From Guillardia theta CCMP2712 (Eukaryota; Protista; Cryptophyta): DNA of 64,000 nucleotides. Location: the NCBI RefSeq assembly GCF_000315625.1, contig NW_005434658.1:525139-589138 (forward strand), written 5' to 3'. Positions 37,901 through 50,594 of this stretch are shown here, in pieces. The position numbers and the translations under genes were made by a program. The notes under the pieces were generated by a model that worked only from the letters and a program-made list of their open reading frames with translations, had not been told where the DNA came from and made no database searches. Numbering within the stretch: the stretch's first letter is position 1; the number at the start of each line of letters is the position of its first letter.

Positions 37901-40900
37901 CTCTACCAGCCACTTCTCAACGGCTCCTCGTGCAGTCGCAGGGTCAAGAGTGCGAGGCCAAGGGACTAGCTCCCCCTCGGAGGAGATCATGCCATGGATG
38001 ATGAGCTGATCGTCGAACTTGAGCTTGGCGATGGCCTCGAAGCACTTCTTGAGATGGGGCTGAACTCTCGTCGGGTCCTTCGTCTCCGCGAGGATCTCCA
38101 GCAGCTCGTCGTTGGAGAGGAAGAAGAAGCGAGAAAAGAAAAGTCTCTTCTGCTCCAGGTACGCGTTTAGCCCCTTATTGATCAGCTCGAGCAGCTCGAA
38201 GGAGTTCTTGAGGCTCTCAAGCAGTCCATCCATCCTGGTGAAGTTCAGCACCTTGGGGTTGTCTATGCATCGGCTCGAAGTTTCTCGGAAGGTGCGGTCG
38301 ACCTGGAGAAACCTGTCGGCCTCGGTCGGCATCTGTTTCTTGATGTCGTCTGACGCGAAGATGGGCTCGAGGTACAACCACTGGGCCTGCACTTTGAGCC
38401 AGATGTCGATGATGTCTTGAGTAACCACCAGGAACTGCTCCCAGTCTTTGGCGCGATCCTCGAAGGGTTTGATGTAGGGCGAGGCAAGCATCGTCTGCGT
38501 CTTCACGATCTGATCGTCAAGGATTGCCTGAATCTCGTCGATGCAGGAGCCTGCAAGGATTGAAGTGCCCGAGTCTCGGTAAGGAGTCATGACAAAGACA
38601 GTCTCCTGCCAGTCCGCCAGCTGCTTGTCGAGGTTCTTCTCCAAGGAGTACTCCTTGCTAGCAGCGTCGCTGATCTCCTCGAGCTTGGTGAGGTAGGGGG
38701 TGAGCTTCTTGGCTATCATGTCGTTGAGAGACGTCTTCTCCGTTGGCTTGATCGTCTGACCCACCACGTCGGCCATCTGATCCCAATGGCGATCGCGCAG
38801 CCCGCGGTTACAGAAGATCATCATCAGCGGAACTGCGGGAGAAGGTCAACAAGCGAAGAAAAGAGACGAGCAAGGGCGAGTACCGTGTGGCTTGAACTCT
38901 GAGACGCTCGACTTCATAGACTCGGCGATCTTAAGGAGCTCGGGCTCGTCAGAGTACTGCTTGCAGTACTTGTAGGCCGCTCGGGTCATATTGTCAACGT
39001 CTCCCTCGACCTTCTCGGGGTTCCAAGACCTCAGAGGGCCCGTGTACCACTCGTTGAGGTTCTTCTGAGAGTCGAGGATGATCTGGATGAAAGCCTCGAT
39101 CGGCTCGATCGCCTGCTTGCTGGACTCGATAGCAGGGTTGACCGTTGGGTTCCAGCCGAAGATCTCCTCTTGCTCGTTGATGAGAAGCAGCTCCTTCTCC
39201 AGCTCGTCGAGGGTCCCCTTCATGTCAACAATCTTCTGCAGGTAGACGGAGACTCTCTCCGGGTTCCCGAACTCTTGGAAGGTCTCGATCTCCTGCACGG
39301 CAGCCGACAGGCTGGCCTCGAAGTCCTTCTGTCGCTTCTTGAGGTCCTCTTCCATGCCCTCCTCCTGCGACAGAACCTTGTCCAGCGCCTGCTCCACCAT
39401 GGGCTGGAGCCGTGCAGGCCATCGGTACGTGTTGGTATTCATTAGCATCTCCTCGTCCGAGATCTCCTTGCCCAGCTCGTACAAGAACTCCATCCTCTTG
39501 GCAACCCGCGCTGTCTTCTCCTTCAGCATGGCCAGCTCTTGGGGCACGTTCTCAAGGTAGTTCTTGAGCTCCTTCATCTCGTGCGATTCGCGTGGCTTCT
39601 CCATGGCACGGGCGCTGATCGCCTCGAACCGCGCGCAGATCTCGCTCATCTCCTCGGAGTTGTCGTTGAGCACCTGGTTCAGCAGCATCTCGGCGAGGGA
39701 GGTACACTTCATGGCGATCCCCTTCACCACAGGGTCCGTCTGCACGTTGTACAGGCCCATCACGGACTCCGGGATGCTGACTTGAGCGACGTCTTGAGCT
39801 GCTTCACGCAGAAGGAGAATATCCCGTTTGTACTCCTCCAACGAGTGGCGCGCTGCCTTGTACTCAGCTTCCCATCGGCTGTCCAGGTTAAGGATGGAAA
39901 TACCAGGGACAGGGCTGTGCTCCAGGCAGAAGGTCTCATATCGCTCCACCATTCGATTCGGCCCATCCATGTTCTCTTCCAGCGCGTTGCAGACTTTCTG
40001 CTTCGTGGTCACGACCGTGTACTCTTCGCTTCTCGCCACACGGATGGAGGAGGTAAGTTTGGTGTTTTCAAACAGCTGCTTGCTGATCGAGAGAGCATCG
40101 CTGTCGATGGTCTCGTCACTGATCGGAGTCTCGGGGACTATGGCCTTGTCTGCCGGTGCAAACGGAGAGTAGGAAGTCAAGCATCCGGGCTCGATCACAG
40201 GGAAGCCTTCGCAGACGGTCACAACGTTGTCGAGGATGGTGCAGAGGTCTTGCTGGAACTGTTCGAGACTTGGAGAGATGCGAATGTGGGTTCCTTGGAC
40301 TACTATACGGATGTTGAAAGGAGGAATCGAAGCTGGTTCGCCTTTCCCTTGAACCGCAAGCTCGAACTGCTCCTTGCTGAGGGGTTTGAACGATTGGATG
40401 AAAAGGTCCAGGCCTTCGAAGGTCCTTTCAAACAGGCCTCGAAGTTGCCGATTCATTTGTACTCGAATGGCCTTGAAAAGCTTCGCGCTCGACGATGGGA
40501 GCGCATGTATGGTTGGATGGGGAGGAGGAGATAAAAAGAGGCGAATTATAGCAGGATACCATCGAGTCTTGAGGAGATGGATAGTCGCTTCTGAGTACTT
40601 GATCTGGTCATCCTTGTAACTGCAAAAGAAATTCTCGTCAGTCCTGCTAGCTCAAGAAACGACCAACAGTAGGACTTACGTGTCAAGGCTCGAAGCACTG
40701 TACTGAAAAATTGAAGGAATATTGAGGTAGCATCTTGATGAGTAGTAATCGCCCCAAAGGCTTTCTAACGCAAGCGACATGACGTTTGAAGTCAATAAAT
40801 TCTCTTGTATGAACTCCTTCGCCTTTCGCACAGATTGACTCCATTCTGATAACAAATTCCCTTCAGTGTACAATTGAAATTTATCATGCCATCAAGACTC

Positions 40901-42062
40901 ACCCTCGCTTGGCATATTGAGGCCTCTTTGCAACGTATCACCGAATGTAAAAGATTCGAATCTGATAATTCATTCAACTACCTCATGAGAGTCAAGACAG
41001 TGCAAACCTTGCAATCGCTGACTCTTGAGGAGTATGTTTGATGCCGAGTCGATCCCTTTCGTTTGGATTCAACAGAACATAATCGCTGATGGCTCTTCGA
41101 ATGCTTTGCTCATAATCAAATTGAACTTCATCTGCATCAGTTCGTTACAGACGTGACATTCGCCCATAGAGTGATAACCTAGCATCTCTGATACTAAAAC
41201 TTCTTGCCTGGCCGGCGGGACTAGTGGAAAAGTTTTCAAATGTGCCAGATGGCAAGCGTTCTTGATCCATTTCTCTTTAATAGCCTCAATCCTCTCTATC
41301 TCGATGCTTTCAACCAAAGCAAAATATCTCTCGTGAGATTTTTCTTCGTCATCATGAAAGGGTATAGAGGAACCCACGTATTTCAGTGGAATTGAACGAG
41401 ACCGGGAGAACGATTCGTTGTCCGAACATTCAAACATGCCAGTACCATTGGAATTCCTTGAGTAGTAGTTGGCAGGATCTGGCTCCCTGTGAGGCTCAGG
41501 TGAAGAAAATGCAGAGCCCTTTATCCTCGAAGTAAGCTGCTTCATTGTCAAGGTAAGAGCGTGCGGCGACCAAAACATTGCAATCCTGTCGCATGGACCT
41601 CGAAAATACGAATCGTGAACATATTGCACTGAACATTTGGTCATCTTAGAATCATCAAAGATGATGAACCCCTCCTCTGTGCGTAGAGGGACTCCATTCT
41701 TGTCGTACCTGCAACGCGAATCATCGTTCAACCTTGAACTATCATGGCATTTACCTCGTGTTGAACGAGCGTTTGGTGGACGAAGCCTGGGAGCCAAGAA
41801 ACGATGTTGACTGAAGCGGTATCCCCTTGCCGGACATGGACATGGTCATCCTCTTTGGAGATCGTTTCTCCTCTGACACCACTGGGGGAACCATGATTGT
41901 TCCCTGTGAATTTTTCGTCCACTCAAATGATTCTTCTGAAGCTTTCAGTATTCCGAATCTACACGCTGCTAAGTAGTAATGCTCTTATGCTCTCGTCATC
42001 GAGCTACTCAATGCTACAGTCTCGTCTCCGACTGAATCACCTTCGATGCTCCCGTCGGCCAT
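28969..42062 (-). CDS. Axonemal dynein heavy chain, single-headed inner-arm type (DNAH3/7/12-like)
   Basis: P1 GPAGTGKTET plus CFDEFNRI, P2 GLSYGGKT, P3 GPTGTGKT, P4 GIGGSGRQS, stalk coiled coil, SLGQGQGP, C-terminus HWIKRGAALLMQLDD*. Exon junctions in the motor region check in frame. Start approximate. Confidence 0.95.
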
Positions 42063-42449
42063 CTCCCCATTTCAACCGCCTTGACTTGTATTATTCTCTA
42101 GGACCAGGTCATATCACTACTCGACCTAAGACCCAAACCGTTGATAATCGTAACGGCTTAGCCTTCGGGGCGGCCCGGCCGGGCCTCCCATCACTGTCAC
42201 TGATGCCCGGCCGTTAAATCGCCCCGATGGCATGCGAGGCTGCTGTGCTGGCGAGGCAGCGGGGGATCAGATGCCGACAGTCACTGCAGCAACAGCATGT
42301 CATGACCACTCACGGACCCGGTTGCCCGTAGCGACGGTCACTCGCAGAAACCATTGCTCAGTAGCCTTTTAAGTTTCACAACTGGCACTGCGGCAAGTTA
42401 CATGCCTACCATCTGCTGAGCCTTGCTGGGCTAACACGAGTCGGTGGCG

Positions 42450-45400
42450 ATGCAAGAGAGTTCTGAAAGCGTCAAACTCTGCGACGTCGTGGGCTGTTCG
42501 ACAAGCCCACTGACACACCCTCGTCTGTGTGACTCAGTGTATCTTGCCAGTGGTCCAATCTTAATTTGCTGGAGTTGGAAGGTTCCGAGATGTCTTGTGT
42601 GCTTGAAGGCACTCACACTTGATCTTTCAGACCGGCTCAAAACAAATCTACAAGCATACAGCTCCTGTAAGACAGGTCTGCATCAACGACAAAGGCAATA
42701 AATTGGTTCGTGCTCAGTAACAACAGAACTTGTGTCATCCTGACAAGCTTGTTCACCAGGCATTTGCAGATGACAACAACATTTTTATCATCGATGTAGC
42801 GACATTCAAGGTCTCAGACCCTCAAACAGAGTCAGGAAGACATGTAACGTTCCCTCAAAGATGCGTCAGGTTCTTACCAACTGTTGCAGGCGAACAAGCA
42901 TAAGGCGATGTTTCTTGGTTCGCATGTTCTTCAGTTGGAATTCATTGGCGATCGTGAGTTGGTGAGTGCATCGAGTTAAGCCATGAGAGCTCGCTGACAC
43001 GCATGCTAAGATATCGCTCGAGGCGTTCGATAGCGGAAGCATGGCTCAACGAGTGGGACTGTGGCATGTCAAGTCTGAGGAGGGAGTGGAAGCGAGTCAT
43101 ACCTCCTGTGACCCCCCGACTGCCTTGCAACAGCCTGTGGTCGTGATGACTCGCGCGCAGATCTGGGAAACCATGAGCCTCCTGCTCTCAAGTGCGTCCC
43201 TTCCACTTCCGACCGGGTTTTCTTCCTCTCCTCAACAGCCGTGCGATGTGCAGTGATCGCACGCGATGGTTTGTGCGGAGTGAAAGTGTGCATGGCGTGA
43301 GAAAAGCAGCAGGTGAATCAAGACAGCTCGAGTTCTCTTGGAGACACGGAAGTGAAGGATCTGAGACTTTCATCGATGCAACCTTCCACAAACTTTCATC
43401 ATGGCTGATTGTGCTGAAATCCGAGGCAAGGGGTGGAATAAAGATCGGAGAGAGAGTCTGACATGGTGTTTATCAGGGAATTATTGTTTTGCTAGATGAG
43501 AAGGGTGCAGCTGTTGGGAGGATAGCATTGCAGGATGATGTTCCATTAACAGTCTGCCTATGCAGACTAAGTGACTTCGCGGTCGGAACCAAGACTGGGT
43601 ACAACCTTACAACTCCAAGAGAATACCAGCATCTTGACAACTGTTGAAGGAAAATCTTTGTGCTTGAGATATCTTCCATGAAAGTTATACATCAATTTGT
43701 ACGAAAGTCATCGATCCTGAAACGGTCCTCATCAAAAGATTCTCAAGTGAAAGCGAGCGCGTGTATCCTGCATCACGAGATGACATGTTTAGCAGTACGC
43801 CTTGGGAATTCAAAAACTGTCTTACTTCGACGGTATCGCATGCACAAGATTTCAACCTCGCTGTGCTCCTCGTGAAATGTGCACAGGATATTTTGTTGTG
43901 CACAGCTTGGACAAGTTTATAACTTTCTTTGATGACACCGGTACCTATGAGTCACGTTCAAACATTGCTATGGCTGACCTGCTCGTGAAGGCGAAGAGTG
44001 TTTGTCTCAATTCTTGCATGCTTCACAGATCAATAGCATCTGTCCAGGTGTAATATCATAAATCCTTGGCGAACCTATCTTACTCAGTCATGGCAGAAGG
44101 CACATTTCATCAAGGTCGCCATGCCGTTTACACTGCCAGCAGTGATGAGACAGGTCAGATCTCTGCTCAAGAAGGCGATTGTCTGACTCTCACAGTGGGT
44201 GTATGGTCTGTTAACAAGCGAGGAGACAGCATAGAGGCTGCTCCGAGCAAGACGTTTCTTGACACCGCCTCCACCTTGCATCCAGCAATCTCCAGTGCTA
44301 AGAGCTCCTTTCGGGGGATACAAAAGCATGTCAGCCTTGCAATGAAGTGAAGATGTATCTTTATGATTCCTTGGCCAGGTTGCAAACTTACATCCCGGCG
44401 ATTTCCACACTCAAGAATCCTTCATAAACCGAAAGCTGTGCACTTCATGCATGACTTGTGATAGCATCAGCAAGATCCTTGCTTGCGGAACCTACTATGG
44501 TCCTTCTATCAATGTGTACAACTTACGACTTAGCATTGAATAGGTTACTGCATGATCTATTCGACAGAATCGCACGCACTGTCATGGTCGATTGATGTCT
44601 GTCATTCAAAGATATCAGGAATTGCCATCGTCCCAGGAGGAGACTATATGGTTGTGTGAGATCTCCTTTTATGCTCGTTGTTCTCAGAAAGATGCAGGTT
44701 GTTCGTTCACATGAAGGGCTGATATGGATCTTGGATCGAATCAGTGGATTCAAGAAGACATCAATTGTACATGAAGAAGTGGAGAACGATATCAGAGATA
44801 AAGTTTGCGAGCAGGTGGCTGTATTGATTGATGTACGAGTTGACATGTGGAAATGATATCATCCGCAGGTCCTTGTGTCGCTAGATTTGCAGAGAAGCAT
44901 CGACAAGCAACCTAGCAGTCAAGCAACTGATTTTTGCCGCTCAGCTATTGTTGAGAATTTCAAGGTGATGGTGATGGACTGTGGACTAGTCCGCGATGTG
45001 ACATTGCTTTCATGATACAGCTTTTGGCCTTCTCAGACATGACTACGTTGGTTGTTTACCTGGTGAAGGCGAACTTCATAACACAGGGAGGGAGCCCATT
45101 AGCGGAGGTTGTCGCAACCATTCAATTCCATTCACAACCTCTTTCAATCTCCCTGCACGCATCTCATAGATACGTGTTTGCCTTGGCCGATAAGGGGCTC
45201 GTTGAGGTGAGGAGCGCACGTGCCGTCTCTGACTTGACTAAGACGCACAAGGTCAAGTCCCTCCATGGCGAGTCGGCCTCGAACCCAGACTTGTCTTTGG
45301 TAGGCGTCGCTCCTCCACAAGAAGATGCGTGGCTGACCTGCTGCTCCAGAACGTGACGCCAATGCTGGCTCGGCATCGACGATTGACCTGTACACTATTG

Positions 45401-45873
45401 TCGATCGATCCTTCAGGACTTTTCCTCGCGTCAGTGAGCAGGGATAGCGAGCTCTCTCTTAGCTGCTTGAGCTTGTGGGAAGCAGCGACTGGGGAGTTCA
45501 TTGGCTGGAGTGACTCTCTCCCTCTCATAAGCTCCATCTGCTTCACATCGGAATGCTACATGTCTCTTTCTTGCTCCTCTCTGACTTGCACATCCAGGAT
45601 GGAAGCTACATCCTAGCGGGCTGCTCAGATGGAAGCCTCCTGCTCTTCAAGCTCTCCATGGAGCTTCGGAGAGACAGCCGACTGGCTCTGTTGGGAGGGA
45701 GCTCGCCAGGGGCTGGATATGATCTACACCAAGAGCATCACGTAACGGCAGGGCATGATCGCTGGCTGCAGGCACAGGAGCAGGTTGACGCGTCTCTACG
45801 AGCGCTTCCAAACTCGTCGGGCAAGAGTATACAACAACTATGGGAGAACAAAGAAATCTCATTCAAGAGATGA
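42450..45873 (+). CDS. WD40-repeat protein, WDR62/MAPKBP1-like
   Basis: Terminal repeats SIDPSGLFLASVSRD…LWEAATGEFIG…ISSICFTS|DGSYILAGCSDGSLLLFKL. Many short introns. Family assignment from memory. Confidence 0.65.
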
Positions 45874-45905
45874 GATAAGAAGCAAGCAATGAAACTTGAT
45901 TTATT

Positions 45906-47055
45906 TCACTTGGAAGGAGTACGTATCGACTCCTCGGTTTGCGGCGTGACATTCAGCCAAGCCTTCTCGCTCTCGTTACGCGTGTCAATTACCTTGAAGG
46001 CATCGTTCGAACCCAGGAAGCGTTTGCATCCCAGAGCATTTCCCAGTTCGCAGGCACGACGAAAGAACATCACGGCTCGCGCTCGTGCTTGGAGCGCATG
46101 CTCGCCAGTTGATGTTCCTGCTTTGACTGCCTCAATCGCCGCGTCCTCCAACATCTTGGCTTGGATCAAGCAACATCGTGCATTTCCCTGCTGACAACCA
46201 GCGTAGTACATCTCCGCAGCTTCCGCGTTGTTGTTTTGGGTTTCAACCGCTCTCTCCCGGAGCATGTCGCCTGCGAAACCGCACCCAGCTCCCTCACCCA
46301 TCCTGCATGCCGCTTGGAAGAGATGCAGTGCATGCTTCTCGTTCTTCGTTATCCCTTTGCCCTCCCACTCCATGACCCCCAAGTTGACGCATCCTTTGCT
46401 GACTCCCTTCTCGCATGCCAGCCCAAAGAATTTGGCTACTCGTTTTTGCTTTCGGGCTTCAGAACGGTCCCTGGTACTCGCAGGTTTGCTACTGACCAAA
46501 TCTCCCTTACCCTGATCCAGCAGTTGACCATAATTGTAGCAAGCTTCACCATTACCCATGGTGCATGCCTTTCGATAATACTCCCCCGCCTGCGCACCAT
46601 TACACGAGACCTCACAGCCAGTACCATCAACCTGATGTGCGTCCCTCGGAAGGCCTCGACCGTCGTGACCTGTCAGCCCGTCGTAGACCCTAGCAAGGTA
46701 GAAGCAAGCTTTCTCGTTGCCATGCTCACATGATGACCGCAGGATGTCCGCTGCTAGTTGGACATTCTGGTTTAGACCTCCTTTGCCCTCCAGGGCCATC
46801 AGAGCGTATGCAAAGCAGGCTCTGTGACTTCCTTTGTCGCACATCTCCTTCACATCATTGCTGTTCAGATTTCGATTGGGAAGATCCCCGTTGGTTGAAG
46901 ACAATTCGTCGAGAGCTCTCGCACAGTCTGACCGCGATGCTGCACACAAAATTCAGCATGCACTCAAGTTAGGGACTCTGCTACACATCATACGTACCTT
47001 CTGCAAAGTTTCCAGCGTGAGGAGCAAAACAATAAGTAAAGAGAGATTTTAGCAT
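45906..47055 (-). CDS. Cys-rich Sel1-like repeat protein (HcpB/COA7-like)
   Basis: Repeats YYRKACTMGNGEACYNYG, LACEKGVSKGCVNLG, FRRACELGNALGC. First exon MLKSLF…NFAE splices in phase 1 to ASRSDCAR. A further 5' exon up to 47339 is possible. Confidence 0.8.
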
Positions 47056-47091
47056 TTCTTCTCAAGTCCGAGGAGAGAAAAGGATGTTAAC

Positions 47092-47154
47092 TCAAGAAGC
47101 TCGTCGATCTCAGTCAAGAAGCTCGTCGATATAAGTCAAGAAGCTCGTCGATCT
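47092..47154. repeat. 22-bp tandem repeat x3
   Basis: tcaagaagctcgtcgat at 47092, 47114 and 47136. Confidence 0.9.
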
Positions 47155-47348
47155 GAACCAGGTAGCTCACTCACGCCCTCCTCTCGTTTTCGCTTCTTTG
47201 TTTCGCCTGCTCTATGTCCTTGGGTGTATGCGTGCGGCTTTCGCGCAACGGTTTCGTAACGTAAAGCGACCGATAGGACGAGTAGCGGGCCAGCCCTTCG
47301 AAGATTATTGAGTAAACAAAATGACCCTTCGTGAAACATACAGACGGC

Positions 47349-47377
47349 GAAATTATTCGCGAATAGCGAATAATTTC
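47349..47377. promoter_or_regulatory. Perfect 12-bp inverted repeat between divergent genes
   Basis: GAAATTATTCGC-gaata-GCGAATAATTTC; function inferred from position only. Confidence 0.45.
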
Positions 47378-47630
47378 AAATTACAAAAACATTTGTAAAT
47401 CATTATTTCATAGAAACATTAGTCATTGTTTGAATTTTCAAAAAAAACTTTACTTATCTGTATTCACTTTTCTGTATAAATGTTTTATTTGTTACAGGCT
47501 TTTTAAATAGCATAATTTAATTTTCAAGACATTGCCAACCATTTCGTTGACTTCGAAATCGACCTACCGCCTGTATCGGGGCCATGGTGAGTTGGTGGAT
47601 ACTTGTTCAGATTGCCAAACACGCAAGCGA

Positions 47631-48294
47631 ATGAGTGTGAAAACAGCTCCAAGAGTTGATCAGCTCTGTTTCACTTCTTTTCTGCTAATTTTTTTCCCTG
47701 AAACTTGTTGCCTATGTAATCGCAAACCCAAGGTCCAGAGATACAGAGCATCTCAATTTCCCCTCGTGCTAATCCTGATTCATCATAATTGGGTCCAATG
47801 CTGTCCACCCTATCTTCTAACGATTTTTTTTCTGAGTCACATATTCACCTGATTGTGTTCCTTGATTCTCACCTTCTCTGTTCACCTGAGATGAAATCAC
47901 TTCTTTCTCCGAGAAAAAAAACTTTGAAATGCTTGCAAATCGGTTTCTTAGTCTTGTCACGACCCCACCTACTTAACAATATTTGCCTGCTGAGAGTTTC
48001 GGCAGGTTCAGGAGGCCACCACGGACCTCTGTATGACGAAACTCCGGCTGTGGAGTCGAGTGGTAACAGGACACCAGTTATTTGGAACAAGGTATGCAGT
48101 TATGCTTTGCACCAATGCTAGAAATTAAAATCACTTTGAACAGGTTTAGTGAAAGCATCAACACCGTTAAAGATGTCGCTGAAAAATCTCTTGAGAGTGA
48201 ATCAAGCGTCCTCTCGAATGTAGAGAAATCAGTGAAGAAAGATATTAGCAACGAGTTCAACGACTATGGACATCACATGTGGGATTTGAAGTAA
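47631..48294 (+). CDS. Small hypothetical protein, multi-exon
   Basis: 3' exons splice to …YDETPAVESSGNRTPVIWNK|FSESINTVKDVAEK…YGHHMWDLK*. 5' exon uncertain. Confidence 0.4.
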
Positions 48295-48495
48295 TCGGAT
48301 ACATCTGCTTGCTTATCTTGAAGGGAATCTGTGACTTAACAATTTGCTTGCATAAAAGCGAATGTAAACCGAATGATTCTTTCATTCCGCGGCGTCCATG
48401 AATTCGTAATCCAAGCTTGACCTTTGGGCAAAAAGCCGGCACTGTATCACTTCGCATATGAATTATGTATTTTTCATTTACGTGGGAATTAGAGT

Positions 48496-49603
48496 CTAGT
48501 AGTCGCTGGGTCCAACATCCTCTGGCCTGTTGTCCTCCCACGCTGGACCATCGTAGGTTGGGTCTACAGACGGGTCCTTGGTGGCGGTCTCGTTGGAAGG
48601 AGCAGAGGCAACTTCATTCTTTGACTTTCTCAACCAGATGTCCGGAACACCTTGCAGCACGAGTCAGGATTCTACAGCTTTCTAAACGAATTGCAGGAAG
48701 AACACTCACCAGATTCGTCACGCACGATCAAGAAATCATCATCCTGTCACAATGATAACAGTAAGTAAAAGAAAGAGCCAAAGACAGCGAAAAAGACTTA
48801 CCAAGTAAGTAACAAGGAGATTCCTGGAGTACTTGAAGGGACCAGGAAGTTCAATGGACTGGCCAAATGCCTCCAATTTCATGAAGGTCTCACGCATGCG
48901 CACATCCGACTCTGCAACCAAGTTTCCCTTGCTACGAATCATTTGCTCGTTTCCAACCGCCTGAACTTTGAGGGAGGCCTCAACTCTTGGCTCAGTCTCC
49001 TCAATCTTAAGTTCGACATCCTCGACGGACAAAGCCGAGGCCAGAGGTGCAGGAAGCTTGGAAAGAAGGTTTGCAACCAGTCCAGGACGATATCCCCCGG
49101 TATACAGCAAGAGGGCAATCTCACGGGTTGGGCTAAAGACAAGGTCAGAGCAAACATCATGCATCACACTTTGCACACCTGTCGAAGAGACCTGGTGCGT
49201 AGCCGCCTGTGTACACAAGCTCCCAGCCACCGTTCATCAAAGAAGACATGGCCGGGGACTCCGTTGGGTTCATGGGCTCCAATTCAAGGAGGATCTCATT
49301 TACTTCAATCCGATTCTTGGGATCGGCCGCCTGCTGAAGTCCAGTCCCATAGCTCAACACCGTCATGAGGTCCCCCTTCAGCTGCTCGGCTGTACGATCG
49401 CTTTGTGCCTTCATCTGAACGCCGCTGGCGCGGAGCTGCACCCTGCGTGCAGTCCCGGCAGTCGCAAGCTGAGTTCCTTTCATAGAGTGAGACGCAGTTG
49501 TGACCTTGCGGATGTTCACAGAGTGAAGCGAAGGAGCAAATGCCCCGACAACATCAGCGCCAATGCAGGCCACCAAGGCGATCCCGAATGCTTTGCGGAT
49601 CAT
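48496..49603 (-). CDS. Plastid lipid-associated protein (PAP/fibrillin family)
   Basis: Signal plus GA|F transit peptide. LEPMNPTESPAMSSLMNGGWELVYT and LLVTYL|DDDFLIVRDESG|VPDIWLRK are fibrillin hallmarks. Stop TAG at 48496. Confidence 0.88.
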
Positions 49604-49794
49604 TTCTTTCAAGGTTCCAGAACAAAGACAGCAGGGAAAGAGCTCAGAATTGAGTCAAGCAGAACAACAGGAGAATGGACTATGAGTTGATATTCAGGTC
49701 GACAAGCAAGCTGGAAGAAGAGAAGAGATACGTGCCCGCTTCTCTTGTCCTGTTCCGATGCTCTATTGACGGCCTCGAGGGCTGAAAATCCTGA

Positions 49795-50460
49795 TCTAGA
49801 AGGGGGTAGCAAAGGATTGGGTGGTTCGATTGTAATGAGGTCGTCTAGTGGGGGTAGGGGTGGAAAAAGAGCGTCGGTGGGACAATGTCTAGGTGAGAAG
49901 TATGGTACTAGACGCTAATCAAAGCTAGCAGATTTGGACTTTCTGCCCAACCTGGCCAGGTAGTAGGAATATTCAATGGGGGTACCAGAACTTGGTTTCA
50001 AATAATCACAACAGGAGGGCACCACAGAAGGGTACCTTACGTCTGGTCCAAGACCAGGGGTCCCTAGAAAGGATGGGGTGAAAAATTAAAATCAAGGGTA
50101 GGGGGGTGATAAGGAAGGGGTCAGGACCACAAAGGGTAGTTCGATGCAACAGATAATATCCTGAGATCTCAATTACATGCTGTCTTTTACTTGAAATTAT
50201 AGTAAGATCCCACCTTGTGTGGTAGAAAAATTTGAGTCTCAAGATAACACCGGTGCTGGATATTTGAGTAGGGTAAAAGGCCTGTGGGGTGGGGTAGACC
50301 CGGTTGGAAGGGTAGAGGGTCACAGCTCTTGTTATAAAGCAAACCGTTCGGCTTATTCGCAGATGACCCATCAAACTACTATCATAAACGGGGGTGGTCA
50401 ACAATATTGATATCACTACCCATTATGAGACTGTATGTGCATAGGGTGGGGTGATGATTT
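49795..50460. other. GGGGT(A/G)-rich strand-skewed intergenic block between divergent genes
   Basis: Repeated ggggta/ggggtg/gggtag words on the + strand; no credible ORF. Confidence 0.6.
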
Positions 50461-50594
50461 CGATAAGAAATAGCTCGGCTGAGTAAACGAGTCCTTCGGC
50501 GTTAAATTACTTTCATTGGCCCCGGGTTTCGTTGCTGGCTGGGTGGCCAGGTGGTCATTGGAAATTCGATTACAGATACGGAGTGTGAGCAAAA

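Noticed and set aside
29182-40534. Long plus-strand ORFs (224-418 aa) opposite the dynein gene
   Set aside because: Antisense shadows of a high-GC3 coding sequence.
47092-47154. CRISPR-like short direct repeats (also 3855-4035 and 23105-23167)
   Set aside because: Only 2-3 copies, no unique spacers of proper length, no cas genes, eukaryotic context.
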